A DNA stretch of 64,000 nt, taken from positions 32,001-96,000 of IMG/VR virus record IMGVR_UViG_3300023174_000053. One strand, given 5' to 3'. This DNA is from a virus. Positions 1-8,664 of this stretch are shown piece after piece; within the stretch, counting starts at the first letter, position 1; every line of letters begins with the position of its first letter. Both the position numbers and the translations under genes were made by a program. Below the pieces are notes generated by a model. It was not told the DNA's origin. It saw only the letters and a list, made by a program, of their open reading frames with translations, and searched no databases.

Positions 1-55
1 AGCATAAAAATAAAAAAATAGCAACAGATGCTTTAAGTGTATCGTGCTGCTACTT

Positions 56-334
56 TTATCTGCGTTTTTTCGTTTCTTTGGGAACATATCCATACATCTT
101 TGGACTTACTTTTCCGTCAGTCCATTTAATTTCTTTAAGTGCTCCCTTTCCATACTCATCATAATAAGTATCAAACACTTCAACCTTACCACCTGCTTGT
201 ACTATATCATATTTTTCTGTATCTTTTACAAGATACGTCACAAGATAAGAATTAATAGGAAGACTTGTATCTTTTGATAATGATTTATCGCAGTCTTTAT
301 GTATAATATTCAACATTTTTCCTCCAGTTTTCAA
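56..334 (-). CDS. conserved cyanophage hypothetical protein
   Basis: 92 aa ORF, stop/start overlap with the upstream gene. Confidence 0.75.
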   Translation of the reverse strand: MKTGGKMLNIIHKDCDKSLSKDTSLPINSYLVTYLVKDTEKYDIVQAGGKVEVFDTYYDEYGKGALKEIKWTDGKVSPKMYGYVPKETKKRR

Positions 335-897
335 CCTCTATTTCCCCAAACAATATCAGGGTATGCTTCCGAAATAATCTCTTTATTGACTTTATATCTA
401 CTTTCAAGTTTCTTATCTTTACATAAACAAAGAATTTCTGCTTCCAAAGGATGCAAACCTTCCAAAAGATTTACAAAAATATTTTCTCTACGAATTCCAT
501 TCAGTGTATCGTTTCCACCTTTAATGAAATTATAAAACTTAGTATATTCTTTACGAATTGTAGAATATCTTTGATCAAGTGCTCCTATTGATGAACCATT
601 CATTTGTTTGATTGCATCTTCAATTCTTTCAGACATTGTTGATGTCTTCATATCATTCTCACCAAAAAATGGAACATCACCTTCTGGTAAAACAGATATT
701 ACCGATTCATCAAAATTCCAAATAAAAATTGCTTTTAACGAATCGTGCTCGTATGTTTTAAGAACTTCTACTTTCTTTGCCTTTGATCTTTGTTTTGAAG
801 CAAGAGCAAGGATTTCAAATATAAATGGATTTGTTGGAAGAATTTCGAGTTCAGTCTCTGTCTTCTTCGTCGTCGTTGTCGTCGTCATAATTTTCAA
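331..897 (-). CDS. conserved T4-like phage hypothetical protein
   Basis: 188 aa; RRENIFVNLLEGLHPLEAEIL motif typical of T4-like cyanophage core hypotheticals. Confidence 0.8.
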   Translation of the reverse strand: MKIMTTTTTTKKTETELEILPTNPFIFEILALASKQRSKAKKVEVLKTYEHDSLKAIFIWNFDESVISVLPEGDVPFFGENDMKTSTMSERIEDAIKQMNGSSIGALDQRYSTIRKEYTKFYNFIKGGNDTLNGIRRENIFVNLLEGLHPLEAEILCLCKDKKLESRYKVNKEIISEAYPDIVWGNRG

Positions 898-1081
898 ATC
901 GTACTGCTAAAATTTCGTCTGGTATGAGATTACCGTTCTCATCAAACATTTCTGGATGAGTATAAAATTGTCTAACTTGATTTTCATACAAGTGAGACTT
1001 CGTTAGCCAACCTATTACTCCGCCCACAAGTAAAAATAAAAAAGTTAATATAGTGAAAATGGTGAGTTCTGATGCTAACAT
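851..1081 (-). CDS. small single-TM membrane protein
   Basis: N-terminal hydrophobic helix, HPEMFDENG motif, acidic tail. Confidence 0.75.
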   Translation of the reverse strand: MLASELTIFTILTFLFLLVGGVIGWLTKSHLYENQVRQFYTHPEMFDENGNLIPDEILAVRFENYDDDNDDEEDRD

Positions 1082-1098
1082 TTTTTTTCTCCAAGAGA

Positions 1099-1284
1099 TT
1101 ACGTTTTCTTTGCCACTCTTAGTTCAATTTTAAAATGTATCTCTCGTTTAAAAAGAGAAAACATTTTCCCAAAACTGAACTGTCTGGAATCCAATTCTGG
1201 TTGATTTGTCCCTCCTTTTTTGCGAAGTAATAACTCAACACCACGATTGATGTCTGTTCTTCCAGAATTATTTATAGTACTCAT
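1099..1284 (-). CDS. hypothetical protein
   Basis: 61 aa ORF abutting the glutaredoxin stop. Confidence 0.65.
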   Translation of the reverse strand: MSTINNSGRTDINRGVELLLRKKGGTNQPELDSRQFSFGKMFSLFKREIHFKIELRVAKKT

Positions 1285-1532
1285 TAAAACATATTATTCT
1301 CTTGTAAGTACTTCACGGTATCACTACATCCACCAATATGTTTTTGTTCAAAAACAACTTGTGGAAATGTAGAACCTTCTCCAAATTCAGCATAGAATTG
1401 CTCTCTTGTAAATTCAGTTCCAAGTTCATAACAAATGACTGGGTATCCTTTTTTGACACTCAAATCACCTAAAACCATTTTAATTTTGTCACAATAAGGA
1501 CAACCTTTTTTTGAATAAACTGTAAAACTCAT
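1284..1532 (-). CDS. nrdC: glutaredoxin (T4 NrdC-like)
   Basis: CPYC active site, TFPQV and IGG motifs. Confidence 0.92.
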   Translation of the reverse strand: MSFTVYSKKGCPYCDKIKMVLGDLSVKKGYPVICYELGTEFTREQFYAEFGEGSTFPQVVFEQKHIGGCSDTVKYLQENNMF

Positions 1533-1624
1533 AAAATTATTAATAAGGGTATAAGAATTATTAAAATTGAAATTAAGGTCCCCATTACATTTGCTGCAAT
1601 GGGGTAGATACTACCATCATCCAT
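1529..1624 (-). CDS. 31 aa hydrophobic peptide (MDDGSIYPIAANVMGTLISILIILIPLLIIL)
   Basis: Hand-translated; fills the gap, ATGA overlap with the glutaredoxin start. Confidence 0.5.
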   Translation of the reverse strand: MDDGSIYPIAANVMGTLISILIILIPLLIIL

Positions 1625-1629
1625 GAATA

Positions 1630-2052
1630 TTAAGACGCATTATTTCTTCTTGGTCTATACTTATATAGATTTGAATTTTCTTCTGGTTTCATCCATTTTA
1701 CTATAGCATCTCTTTTTGCTTCTGTAAAGAAGTCTTGATTATAATACCACTGTTCCCAAGGAGTATGTCCCTTGGATTGATTACAAGAATGACAACAAGC
1801 AATTACATTTGTCTTAATATCTAAACCACCTTTACACTGGGGAGTAATATGGTCTAGTGTGATATTTTCTTCTGAGTCACAATAGGCACACTTATGTTCC
1901 CATTGTTCTTTTATAATCCTCCTCCACATTCGTTTTGCTTCTGCTTTACTTGTTGTCTCTAGATTAAACAGATAGTCCTTAAAAGAATGTAGAGGAACCA
2001 TAAGTATTTGCAACTTATGATTATTTATTGCCGTTTTTCTTCTTACAGGCAT
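1630..2052 (-). CDS. HNH endonuclease (McrA-like)
   Basis: CAYC...LDHITP...GG...N...CCHSCNQSKG; real start probably MVPLHSF near 2001. Confidence 0.88.
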   Translation of the reverse strand: MPVRRKTAINNHKLQILMVPLHSFKDYLFNLETTSKAEAKRMWRRIIKEQWEHKCAYCDSEENITLDHITPQCKGGLDIKTNVIACCHSCNQSKGHTPWEQWYYNQDFFTEAKRDAIVKWMKPEENSNLYKYRPRRNNAS

Positions 2053-2215
2053 CTCGTGCCCATGCTCTCAATAAACTATTTACATAAGAACATCCTTTTT
2101 TAGATTCCCCACAGTATGGACATTTTGTATCTGGGGGATCTTTTAGGTAACCCTCAGGTGTGTACATCCTCTTCTTTTTAAGATTATCAGATTGTTTATG
2201 CTTTCGGTAATTCAT
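2021..2215 (-). CDS. small Cys-rich hypothetical protein
   Basis: CPYC..C...C pattern. Confidence 0.65.
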   Translation of the reverse strand: MNYRKHKQSDNLKKKRMYTPEGYLKDPPDTKCPYCGESKKGCSYVNSLLRAWARDACKKKNGNK

Positions 2216-2526
2216 ACCCTAAAAGGTTCTTGTTGCCTTTCTGGTAGTTTGATTTGCGGTAATTGATTAATTTTCTCAACCATCCATTCATCTTGATGTT
2301 CTTGATAAGGTTTAGGGTTGATAGTAATTTCATTGGTAGGAAGTGCTTTGGGCATTTCAATATCAATCACCTGACCCATCAGAAACTTATTTCTTGTAAT
2401 TGTCCGATTGGCAGGGTCAAATGCAACCATTGCATGAGCATCTTGTTCATCACCACAATCTACAATTTTTCTACCAGTCTTAGTCTCAATGACGGAAAAG
2501 TAATCTTCGGTATTATACTTGTTCAT
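2212..2526 (-). CDS. hypothetical protein
   Basis: 104 aa ORF with overlapping stop/start. Confidence 0.7.
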   Translation of the reverse strand: MNKYNTEDYFSVIETKTGRKIVDCGDEQDAHAMVAFDPANRTITRNKFLMGQVIDIEMPKALPTNEITINPKPYQEHQDEWMVEKINQLPQIKLPERQQEPFRV

Positions 2527-2635
2527 TTTTTGAAGTTTTTTGATTATTATACTCCCTTTTCATCGGTCTGTAAAGTTGTGGCCATGTATCTCTGATAATC
2601 TCTGCGAGTTTGTATGGTGTGTGTGAGGATATCAT
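2513..2635 (-). CDS. 40 aa small protein (MISSHTPYKLAEIIRDTWPQLYRPMKREYNNQKTSKNEQV)
   Basis: Hand-translated; EIIRDTWP motif I recognise from cyanophage small ORFs. Confidence 0.55.
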   Translation of the reverse strand: MISSHTPYKLAEIIRDTWPQLYRPMKREYNNQKTSKNEQV

Positions 2636-2697
2636 AATAGGGACATTAGAAAGAGGAACACTCCGAAGAGTTGGAATGCTAGGAGGATGAGGAGCAT

Positions 2698-2725
2698 AAA
2701 AAAAGGAGTTCTAGGAACTCCTCTT
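2698..2725 (-). terminator. intrinsic terminator after psbD
   Basis: GGAGTTC-CTA-GAACTCC stem followed by a T-run on the minus strand. Confidence 0.75.
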
Positions 2726-2732
2726 ATTTATT

Positions 2733-3794
2733 TTAGAGTGCGTTCCCGCGAGGCAATACCTCATCAGGAAATACGAACCGTTCCCCTGGCTGGTCTATTG
2801 GTGCTAACCAAGCACGTAAGCCTTCGTTTAAAAGCACGTTTTTTGTGTAAAAGGTCTCGAATTCAGGGTCTTCAGCAGCACGAATCTCTTGACTCACGAA
2901 ATCATATGCACGAAGATTAAAGGCAAGGCCAATAATGCCAATGGAAGAAGTCCAAAGCCCCATGACTGGAACAAATAACATTAGAAAATGAAGAAATCTT
3001 TTATTACTAAAAGCAACACCGAAGATTTGCGACCAGAAACGGTTAGCAGTCACCATACTATAAGTCTCTTCCTCTTGAGTCGGTTCAAATGCTTTGAAGG
3101 TGTTTGCCTGGTCACTGTCCTCAAAGAGTGTATTCTCCACAGTAGCACCATGAATGGCACATAACAATGCTCCACCAAGAATACCTGCAACACCCATCAT
3201 ATGAAAGGGGTTGAGTGTCCAGTTGTGGAAACCCTGCAGGAATAGGAGGAACCTAAAAATCGCTGCAACACCAAAACTCGGCGCAAAGAACCAACTCGAT
3301 TGTCCGAGTGGATACATGAGAAACACACTGACAAAAACAGCAATAGGCCCAGAAAACGCAATAGCATTGTACGGTCTAATCCCTACTAAACGAGCAATCT
3401 CAAACTGACGAAGCATAAATCCAATTAGAGCAAAGGCACCGTGGAGAGCAACAAAGGGCCAAAGCCCTCCAAGTTGGAACCACCTGACGATATCCCCCTG
3501 AGCTTCAGGACCCCAGAGAAGCAGAAGAGAATGACCCATAGCGTCTGCTGGAGTACTAACTGATGAAGTAAGAAAGTTTGCACCCTCAAGATAGGAAGAT
3601 GCAATGCCGTGAGTGTACCAACTCGTAACGAAAGTTGTCCCAGTAAGCCAACCACCAAGAGCAAGATAAGCAGTGGGAAAAAGAAGAAGTCCAGACCATC
3701 CAACAAATATAAAACGGTCGCGTTTAACCCAGTCGTCCAAGACATCAAACCATCCTCTCTGTGAAACTGGTTGTGAAAGTGTAGATGAAACCAT
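2733..3794 (-). CDS. psbD: photosystem II D2 protein
   Basis: [47 protein letters not shown]; ATG at 3794. Confidence 0.98.
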   Translation of the reverse strand: MVSSTLSQPVSQRGWFDVLDDWVKRDRFIFVGWSGLLLFPTAYLALGGWLTGTTFVTSWYTHGIASSYLEGANFLTSSVSTPADAMGHSLLLLWGPEAQGDIVRWFQLGGLWPFVALHGAFALIGFMLRQFEIARLVGIRPYNAIAFSGPIAVFVSVFLMYPLGQSSWFFAPSFGVAAIFRFLLFLQGFHNWTLNPFHMMGVAGILGGALLCAIHGATVENTLFEDSDQANTFKAFEPTQEEETYSMVTANRFWSQIFGVAFSNKRFLHFLMLFVPVMGLWTSSIGIIGLAFNLRAYDFVSQEIRAAEDPEFETFYTKNVLLNEGLRAWLAPIDQPGERFVFPDEVLPRGNAL

Positions 3795-3862
3795 AAGCAC
3801 CTTTAGTATTTCTCATATTTATGTTATCATATCATAACATAGAAGTCAATGAGTGCTTTTAT

Positions 3863-4651
3863 TCAGTTTTTGATTTTCATTCCAGGTATCCAATTATCAC
3901 CAGGGCATTCTATACTCATTTTAAGATTTCCACAACCATCATTCCACCACTTTTTGCCTTTCATTTTGTCTCTCCTTTTTTTTCTGGTTTCTTCACTTAC
4001 TACATTTCTTCTTCCAAGAACCCAACCATCTCCGGGGCATTCATTAGACATACAGAATTTATTTATTGATAGATTATGCCACCATTTTTTTACTTTCATT
4101 TTGTCTCTCCTTTTTTTTCTGGTTTCTTCACTTACATTTCTTGATTTTTCCCCCAATTTCTTTCGTGTTTCTTCCGAAACAATTTTTCCTTTATGCACCT
4201 TACTCAATTTAAGTTTATGTTCTTCGGAAATGGTTTTACCATACTGGGGATGATTTTCTCCTTTCGATGCTTCACTTATTTTCCTTATATTTTCTGGGGT
4301 ATGTTTTTTTCCATAAAAAGGATTATTTTCACCTTTTTTTGACTCACCCATTTTTATTTTAGTTTCTTCACTTCGTATAGCACCAGAAGTCCCCTCACCC
4401 CCATCAGTTTTATTTCTTAAAATGCCTGTCCCCAAATCCTTTCTACCAAAGACAGCAATCATATACTTTTCGTGTTTGAATGCTTCTTGTTCTGTTAAAT
4501 TTTGTTTGAGAAATATTATTCTCGATTTATCATTTGGTAAAATAATACTTTCTTTTTTACCTTTTTTATATGCTCTATTATCTTTCCCCTTACCAATATA
4601 ATAGGGGGTTCTGTCTTCTCTCAAATAGGCATAAGTGTAAAAATCATTCAT
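3863..4651 (-). CDS. free-standing homing endonuclease, GIY-YIG-like with NUMOD3 repeats
   Basis: YTYAY..PYYIGKG..R, LRNKTDGGEG, KGENNPFYGKKHT and SEETRKK repeats. Confidence 0.85.
   Translation of the reverse strand: MNDFYTYAYLREDRTPYYIGKGKDNRAYKKGKKESIILPNDKSRIIFLKQNLTEQEAFKHEKYMIAVFGRKDLGTGILRNKTDGGEGTSGAIRSEETKIKMGESKKGENNPFYGKKHTPENIRKISEASKGENHPQYGKTISEEHKLKLSKVHKGKIVSEETRKKLGEKSRNVSEETRKKRRDKMKVKKWWHNLSINKFCMSNECPGDGWVLGRRNVVSEETRKKRRDKMKGKKWWNDGCGNLKMSIECPGDNWIPGMKIKN
3958..4135. repeat. 135-nt-period internal duplication (43 nt identical: 3958-4000 and 4093-4135)
   Basis: Encodes VSEETRKKRRDKMKxKKWW...ECPGD twice. Confidence 0.9.
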
Positions 4652-5174
4652 AATTTTTGTATTTTTTTAGGTATAATACTGCGGATTGTAAGGTACTTAT
4701 ATTATCACCAACTAGTCCTAACATACGATTACAATTACTACAGAGCAACCCACGAACTTTACCTGTAGAGTGGTTGTGGTCTACATAAAGACTATTACTA
4801 TCTTTTCTACCATTAGTATTTGGATTTAAGCAAATAGCACATACCTCGTTTTGTTCTTGGAGGATATTTTCATACTGTTCCAATCCAAAATCTTTACCAT
4901 AAGTATACTTTAACATATAGTCCTTCTTCTCACTATAAGAAGGTCTCTTATCTCTATAAGTTTCACTATAACAACTCTTACATCTCTTATGACCTTTATA
5001 GTATTCTGATATTGGTTTTTCTACACTACATTTATTACAAGTAATATGAGTTTTACTAGACCAGTTTTCAGCATAAGTTTTTTCTTCGCATCTTATACAT
5101 CTTCTACGACCTTCTCTAAAATCAGAGGTAGGAAGTTCTTTGGTGCAAGTTCTACAAATCTTCGTGGTTCTCAT
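4644..5174 (-). CDS. Endonuclease VII-family HNH homing endonuclease (F-CphI-like)
   Basis: Q...CAIC...LYVDHNH.TGKVRGLLCSNCN..LG, N-terminal CxxC repeats; directly downstream of psbA. Confidence 0.88.
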   Translation of the reverse strand: MRTTKICRTCTKELPTSDFREGRRRCIRCEEKTYAENWSSKTHITCNKCSVEKPISEYYKGHKRCKSCYSETYRDKRPSYSEKKDYMLKYTYGKDFGLEQYENILQEQNEVCAICLNPNTNGRKDSNSLYVDHNHSTGKVRGLLCSNCNRMLGLVGDNISTLQSAVLYLKKYKNYE

Positions 5175-5175
5175 T

Positions 5176-5219
5176 ATGGTGTTTAATCTTTTAACTATTT
5201 ATAAAATATTAAACTCCAT
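5176..5219 (-). promoter_or_regulatory. T4-type late promoter TATAAATA (5196-5203) inside an inverted repeat covering the translation start region
   Basis: ATGGAGTTTAAT...TATAAATA...ATTAAACACCAT-A-ATG on the minus strand. Confidence 0.7.
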
Positions 5220-5227
5220 TATACCAC

Positions 5228-5254
5228 AAAAAAAGAGACCCGTAAAGGGTCTCT
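5228..5254 (-). terminator. intrinsic terminator after psbA
   Basis: AGAGACCC-TTTAC-GGGTCTCT followed by a T-run. Confidence 0.8.
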
Positions 5255-5261
5255 AATGTTA

Positions 5262-6552
5262 TCAACCGATTGTTGGTGCAGTAAGAGCAACTTGTGTTGT
5301 CTCAGCAGCAGCAAGGTCTAAAGGAAAGTTATGTGCATTCTTAAACTTTTCTTAACTATCTGGTATTACTACCAGGATTGGACTATATCATCACCATTTC
5401 TGGTGTCGGACGCTTATTCCTGTTATTAAGGGAACTGTATCCCTCAGGTAGTCTCTGAACCTTTCTCAGATGTATCTGAGACTTGGCTGCTGATTGTCCC
5501 GTAGGATTTCCAGCAATTCATCCGATTTAAAGAGCGCAAAGCACAACTTGACGCTCATGAACCACTTCCAGTCCCAAATTTGCCCGATTAAGCACATCTG
5601 CCCAAGTAGGAATCACTCTACCTTGATGGTCAAGAATTGATTGATTAAAATTAAGACCATTAAGATTGAAAGATGAAACTGCAATACCCATAGCAGCACA
5701 CCAGATACCAAATACTGGAAGTGCAGCAAGGAAAAAGTGAAGACTACGGGAGTTATTGAAGGAAGCATATTGAAAAATAAGACGACCGAAATACCCGTGT
5801 GCAGCAACTATCGAATAAGTTTCTTCTTCTTGGCCAAACTTATATCCATAATTTTGAGATACTTGTTCGGTAGTTTCACGAACAATAGAAGAAGTCACAA
5901 GGGAACCGTGCATTGCTGATGCCAAAGCACCACCAAAAACACCAGCAACACCTAACATATGAAATGGATTCATAAGAATATTATGCTCTGCAGAAAATAC
6001 AAGCATATAATTAAAAGTTCCAGAAATACCAAGAGGCATTCCATCACTAAAACTTCCTTGACCAAAGGGATAAATCAAGAATACTGCGGTTGCAGCAACA
6101 GCAGGAGCACTATAAGCAACTGCAATCCAAGGACGCATACCCAAACGGTATGAAAGTTCCCATTCCCGACCAAGATAGCACCAGACACCAATCAAAAAGT
6201 GGAATACCACTGCTTGATATGCCCAACCATTATAAAGTGCTTCGTCAATAGAAGCAGCATCCCAAAGATTATAGAGATGCAGTCCAATCGCATTAGAAGA
6301 AGGAACAACAGCACCAGAGATGATGTTGTTTCCCCACATTAGAGACCCAGCAACAGGTTCTCTAATGCCATCAATGTCTACAGGGGGATTTGCAATAAAT
6401 GCAATAATAAAAACCGAAGTAGCAACAAGAAGGCAGGGAATCATCAGAACACCGAACCAACCAACATAAAGACGATTATCGGTAGAAGTCACCCAGGAAC
6501 AAAATTCGTCCCAGGCATTAAAAGTTTTGCGTGTAGCAATTGTAGCAGTCAT
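5262..6552 (-). CDS. psbA: photosystem II D1 protein, spliced join(6552..5551, 5339..5262), 359 aa, divergent
   Basis: Exon 1 ends ...VVHER (codon 334); exon 2 reads [25 protein letters not shown]; D61, Y161, D170, E189, H190, H198, H215, H332, E333, H337, D342 and A344 present. Confidence 0.96.
5340..5550 (-). ncRNA. group I self-splicing intron in psbA (211 nt, no ORF)
   Basis: Exon 1 ends in U and the intron ends in G; removal restores HER|NAHNFP; core-like AATTGCTGGAAA, AATCAGCAGCC, TCAGAGACTA and GATATAGTCC elements. Confidence 0.92.
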
Positions 6553-6555
6553 TTT

Positions 6556-6696
6556 TCGTTAAAGGGGTAGGTAATAGTTCAGGAGGTGCTGAACGGTAAA
6601 AGTATTCCTACGCAACCCTCCTGCGTAGGTATAAGGACGGATTTTACTTGCCTATTCCTGGTGCGGCAAGGTTAAGAAATGTGTTGATTCCTTAAC
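6556..6696 (-). ncRNA. structured psbA 5' leader (PhotoRC-II-like RNA motif)
   Basis: Hairpins CCTACGCA/TGCGTAGG (loop GGAGGGT) and GTTCAG/CTGAAC (loop CACCTC) with complementary loops, plus CTTGCC/GGCAAG. Confidence 0.7.
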
Positions 6697-6704
6697 ATCT
6701 ATTT

Positions 6705-6733
6705 ATCATACCACTGGGTGCCAATGGTGTCAA
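6705..6733 (-). promoter_or_regulatory. sigma70-type promoter for psbA, overlapping a late-type GATAAATA
   Basis: TTGACA-17 nt-TATGAT with TGn extension. Confidence 0.8.
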
Positions 6734-6737
6734 GGCA

Positions 6738-6762
6738 TAAAAAAAGTCCCCCTTCGGGGACC
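6738..6762 (-). terminator. intrinsic terminator
   Basis: GTCCCC-GAA-GGGGAC followed by a T-run. Confidence 0.75.
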
Positions 6763-6767
6763 GTAAA

Positions 6768-6992
6768 TCATTCTGCTTCTGTCTCAGTTTCTTCTGTTTC
6801 TGGTAGTGGGATTTCTTCGGGTTCTGGTTCTGGAAGAGATACTCCTGTTTGCGTAAGATACTCAATCGCACCTTGTACTTTCAAAAATAGTTCTCTTTTT
6901 ACTGTAGCCTTGTTTTGTAGTCCTTCCAATTCAAGGGATAGGTCTTGTGCTTGCTTTACAAGATTTGCAAGATGTTCTTGTTGTTCAGTCAT
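6768..6992 (-). CDS. small coiled-coil protein with acidic Pro/Glu tail
   Basis: 74 aa; TATAAATA upstream at 7014-7021; terminator downstream. Confidence 0.75.
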   Translation of the reverse strand: MTEQQEHLANLVKQAQDLSLELEGLQNKATVKRELFLKVQGAIEYLTQTGVSLPEPEPEEIPLPETEETETEAE

Positions 6993-7013
6993 AAAAATTT
7001 AATAAGTTTGACT

Positions 7014-7065
7014 TATTTATACTATACCATAAGTAATCAAATTTGAAAAGTAGTATCCATAAATA
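7014..7065. promoter_or_regulatory. divergent late promoters (TATAAATA on minus 7014-7021; CATAAATA on plus 7058-7065)
   Basis: Each lies ~20-25 nt before a divergent start codon. Confidence 0.6.
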
Positions 7066-7089
7066 CTAATAGTCCTATAAAATAGAACA

Positions 7090-7584
7090 ATGAAAAGACT
7101 TCTATTAGCCTTTTCGTTATTCCTTACGACTCCTGTTTTTGCAGGTGAAATTACATCAACAATCACTGATTCCGTTCAATTAACAGTACAGGGTGCAGCG
7201 GTACAAACAGAAAGAATTGGTAGTTCCTATGCAGTTTCGGGAACTAATATTGGAGTTTCAGCATTAGGTGGATTGACTGGTGGTACATCAAGTGCAGCAG
7301 CAACAATGAGTGCTGGTACTTATGCTATTAATAATGATGGTCAAGCATTCACATTTGCAGAATCACTAACTGTTGGAGACAGCACTGTTTCATCACAAAC
7401 AGTATCTAATGGTGCGATTACATCACCAACTCTGTATGGTAAAAATACCACACAGGCAGCAGGTGATAAAGGTACTCTTGCAGGTACAATTAATACCTCT
7501 ACTGGTGCTCTCACATTTACTGCTGGTGGTGCTGGAACCACTGCTATTGGTCAACGTAGTGTAGAACTGAGCGTATTCAAGTGA
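7090..7584 (+). CDS. secreted Gly/Thr/Ser-rich beta-type protein
   Basis: Sec signal peptide MKRLLLAFSLFLTTPVFA; first gene of a plus-strand operon. Confidence 0.85.
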   Translation: MKRLLLAFSLFLTTPVFAGEITSTITDSVQLTVQGAAVQTERIGSSYAVSGTNIGVSALGGLTGGTSSAAATMSAGTYAINNDGQAFTFAESLTVGDSTVSSQTVSNGAITSPTLYGKNTTQAAGDKGTLAGTINTSTGALTFTAGGAGTTAIGQRSVELSVFK

Positions 7585-7940
7585 AACATATCCTAGCAGG
7601 CATTTGTCTGCTAGGGTTTTCTTTACCATCCCTAGCAGCTCCAGTCACACCAAACTTTACTAGTGGTACTGTAACTTCTCATACTGAATCCACCACAACA
7701 GTAAATGAGATAATTAGACAACAAGATTTCCAAACTGGATTTAGTTATACAGTTACTGGAACAAATATCAATATTCCAGGAACTCCAACTCTTGGAGCAG
7801 GATATTCTATTGTAAATCAAGGACAACCATTTCAGTTTTCAGAAACTTATATGGGTCCTGGATTGATTAAAGATACAACAGTCAATAGAACCACGACAAT
7901 TCAATCTGTCACAGATTCAATGTCAGTATTTACCCAATAA
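7581..7940 (+). CDS. secreted Thr-rich protein
   Basis: Signal peptide ...LPSLA-APVTPNFTSG; GTGA overlap with the upstream gene. Confidence 0.85.
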   Translation: MKHILAGICLLGFSLPSLAAPVTPNFTSGTVTSHTESTTTVNEIIRQQDFQTGFSYTVTGTNINIPGTPTLGAGYSIVNQGQPFQFSETYMGPGLIKDTTVNRTTTIQSVTDSMSVFTQ

Positions 7941-7941
7941 A

Positions 7942-8664
7942 ATGAAATGCCTACAAACAATCCTTGCTCTAGGTGTCTTTGTTCTCCCTGCGTATGCAGA
8001 GGGGGATACTCCTGTAACTGCAATTGCAAATCCTCAGGCAACATCAACAGGAAGTGTAACAAACCAAGCAGTACAAGTCTTACAAGGTCCATACGTGACC
8101 AATTCATACGGTGGTGGAGTAAGTTGTCAGGGACCAACCTTTAATCTTACTCCCTTTATGACCACATCCAAAAGTGGTTCAAGACCTTTTGAAGCATATG
8201 CGGATATTGATAATGACCCAACCACAGGAATAAATGGATTAGAAAGAACTGGTCAAAAAGATACATTCTCAAATAACTTTGGTCTGTCAGCAACTCTTTC
8301 ATTTCCATTAGATGGTGGATTACAGGAAAGATGTAAGACTGCTGCAGATACTTGGACTGCTAGACAAAGAGCAGAAACAGATAAGGCGAGATTAGATTTT
8401 GAACTTGTAAGATTATTAAAATGTGGAGAAGCAAAGAAAGCAGGTATTTTCTTTATTCCTTCTTCTCCCTACGCAAGGATATGTGCGGATGTCGTCGTGA
8501 TTCAGCAAATTCCTGCCTCTGGCGTAATTTCTCAGCCTTCTGTTCCTTCTTCAAAAGTTTCAAAGTCTTCTTATCCAGTTCCAAAGCAAACAACATCTGA
8601 GTCTCGTAAGGCGTCAGATCTCGGTTCAACAATTGCTTCCCCCGAACAAAAGTTTGCTCAATAA
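7942..8664 (+). CDS. secreted Cys-containing protein, possible outer-membrane beta-hairpin/helical subunit
   Basis: Signal peptide ending AYA; SCQGPTFNLTPF...FGLSATLSFPLDGG...RLDFELVRLLKCG. Confidence 0.8.
   Translation: MKCLQTILALGVFVLPAYAEGDTPVTAIANPQATSTGSVTNQAVQVLQGPYVTNSYGGGVSCQGPTFNLTPFMTTSKSGSRPFEAYADIDNDPTTGINGLERTGQKDTFSNNFGLSATLSFPLDGGLQERCKTAADTWTARQRAETDKARLDFELVRLLKCGEAKKAGIFFIPSSPYARICADVVVIQQIPASGVISQPSVPSSKVSKSSYPVPKQTTSESRKASDLGSTIASPEQKFAQ

Noticed and set aside
5527-6552. psbA as a truncated pseudogene (track ORF ends QVVLCAL)
   Set aside because: The missing C-terminus is present in frame after a 211-nt group I intron
5262-6552. D1 as chlorophyll f synthase or rogue/sentinel D1
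   Set aside because: All Mn-cluster ligands and the processing-site A344 are retained
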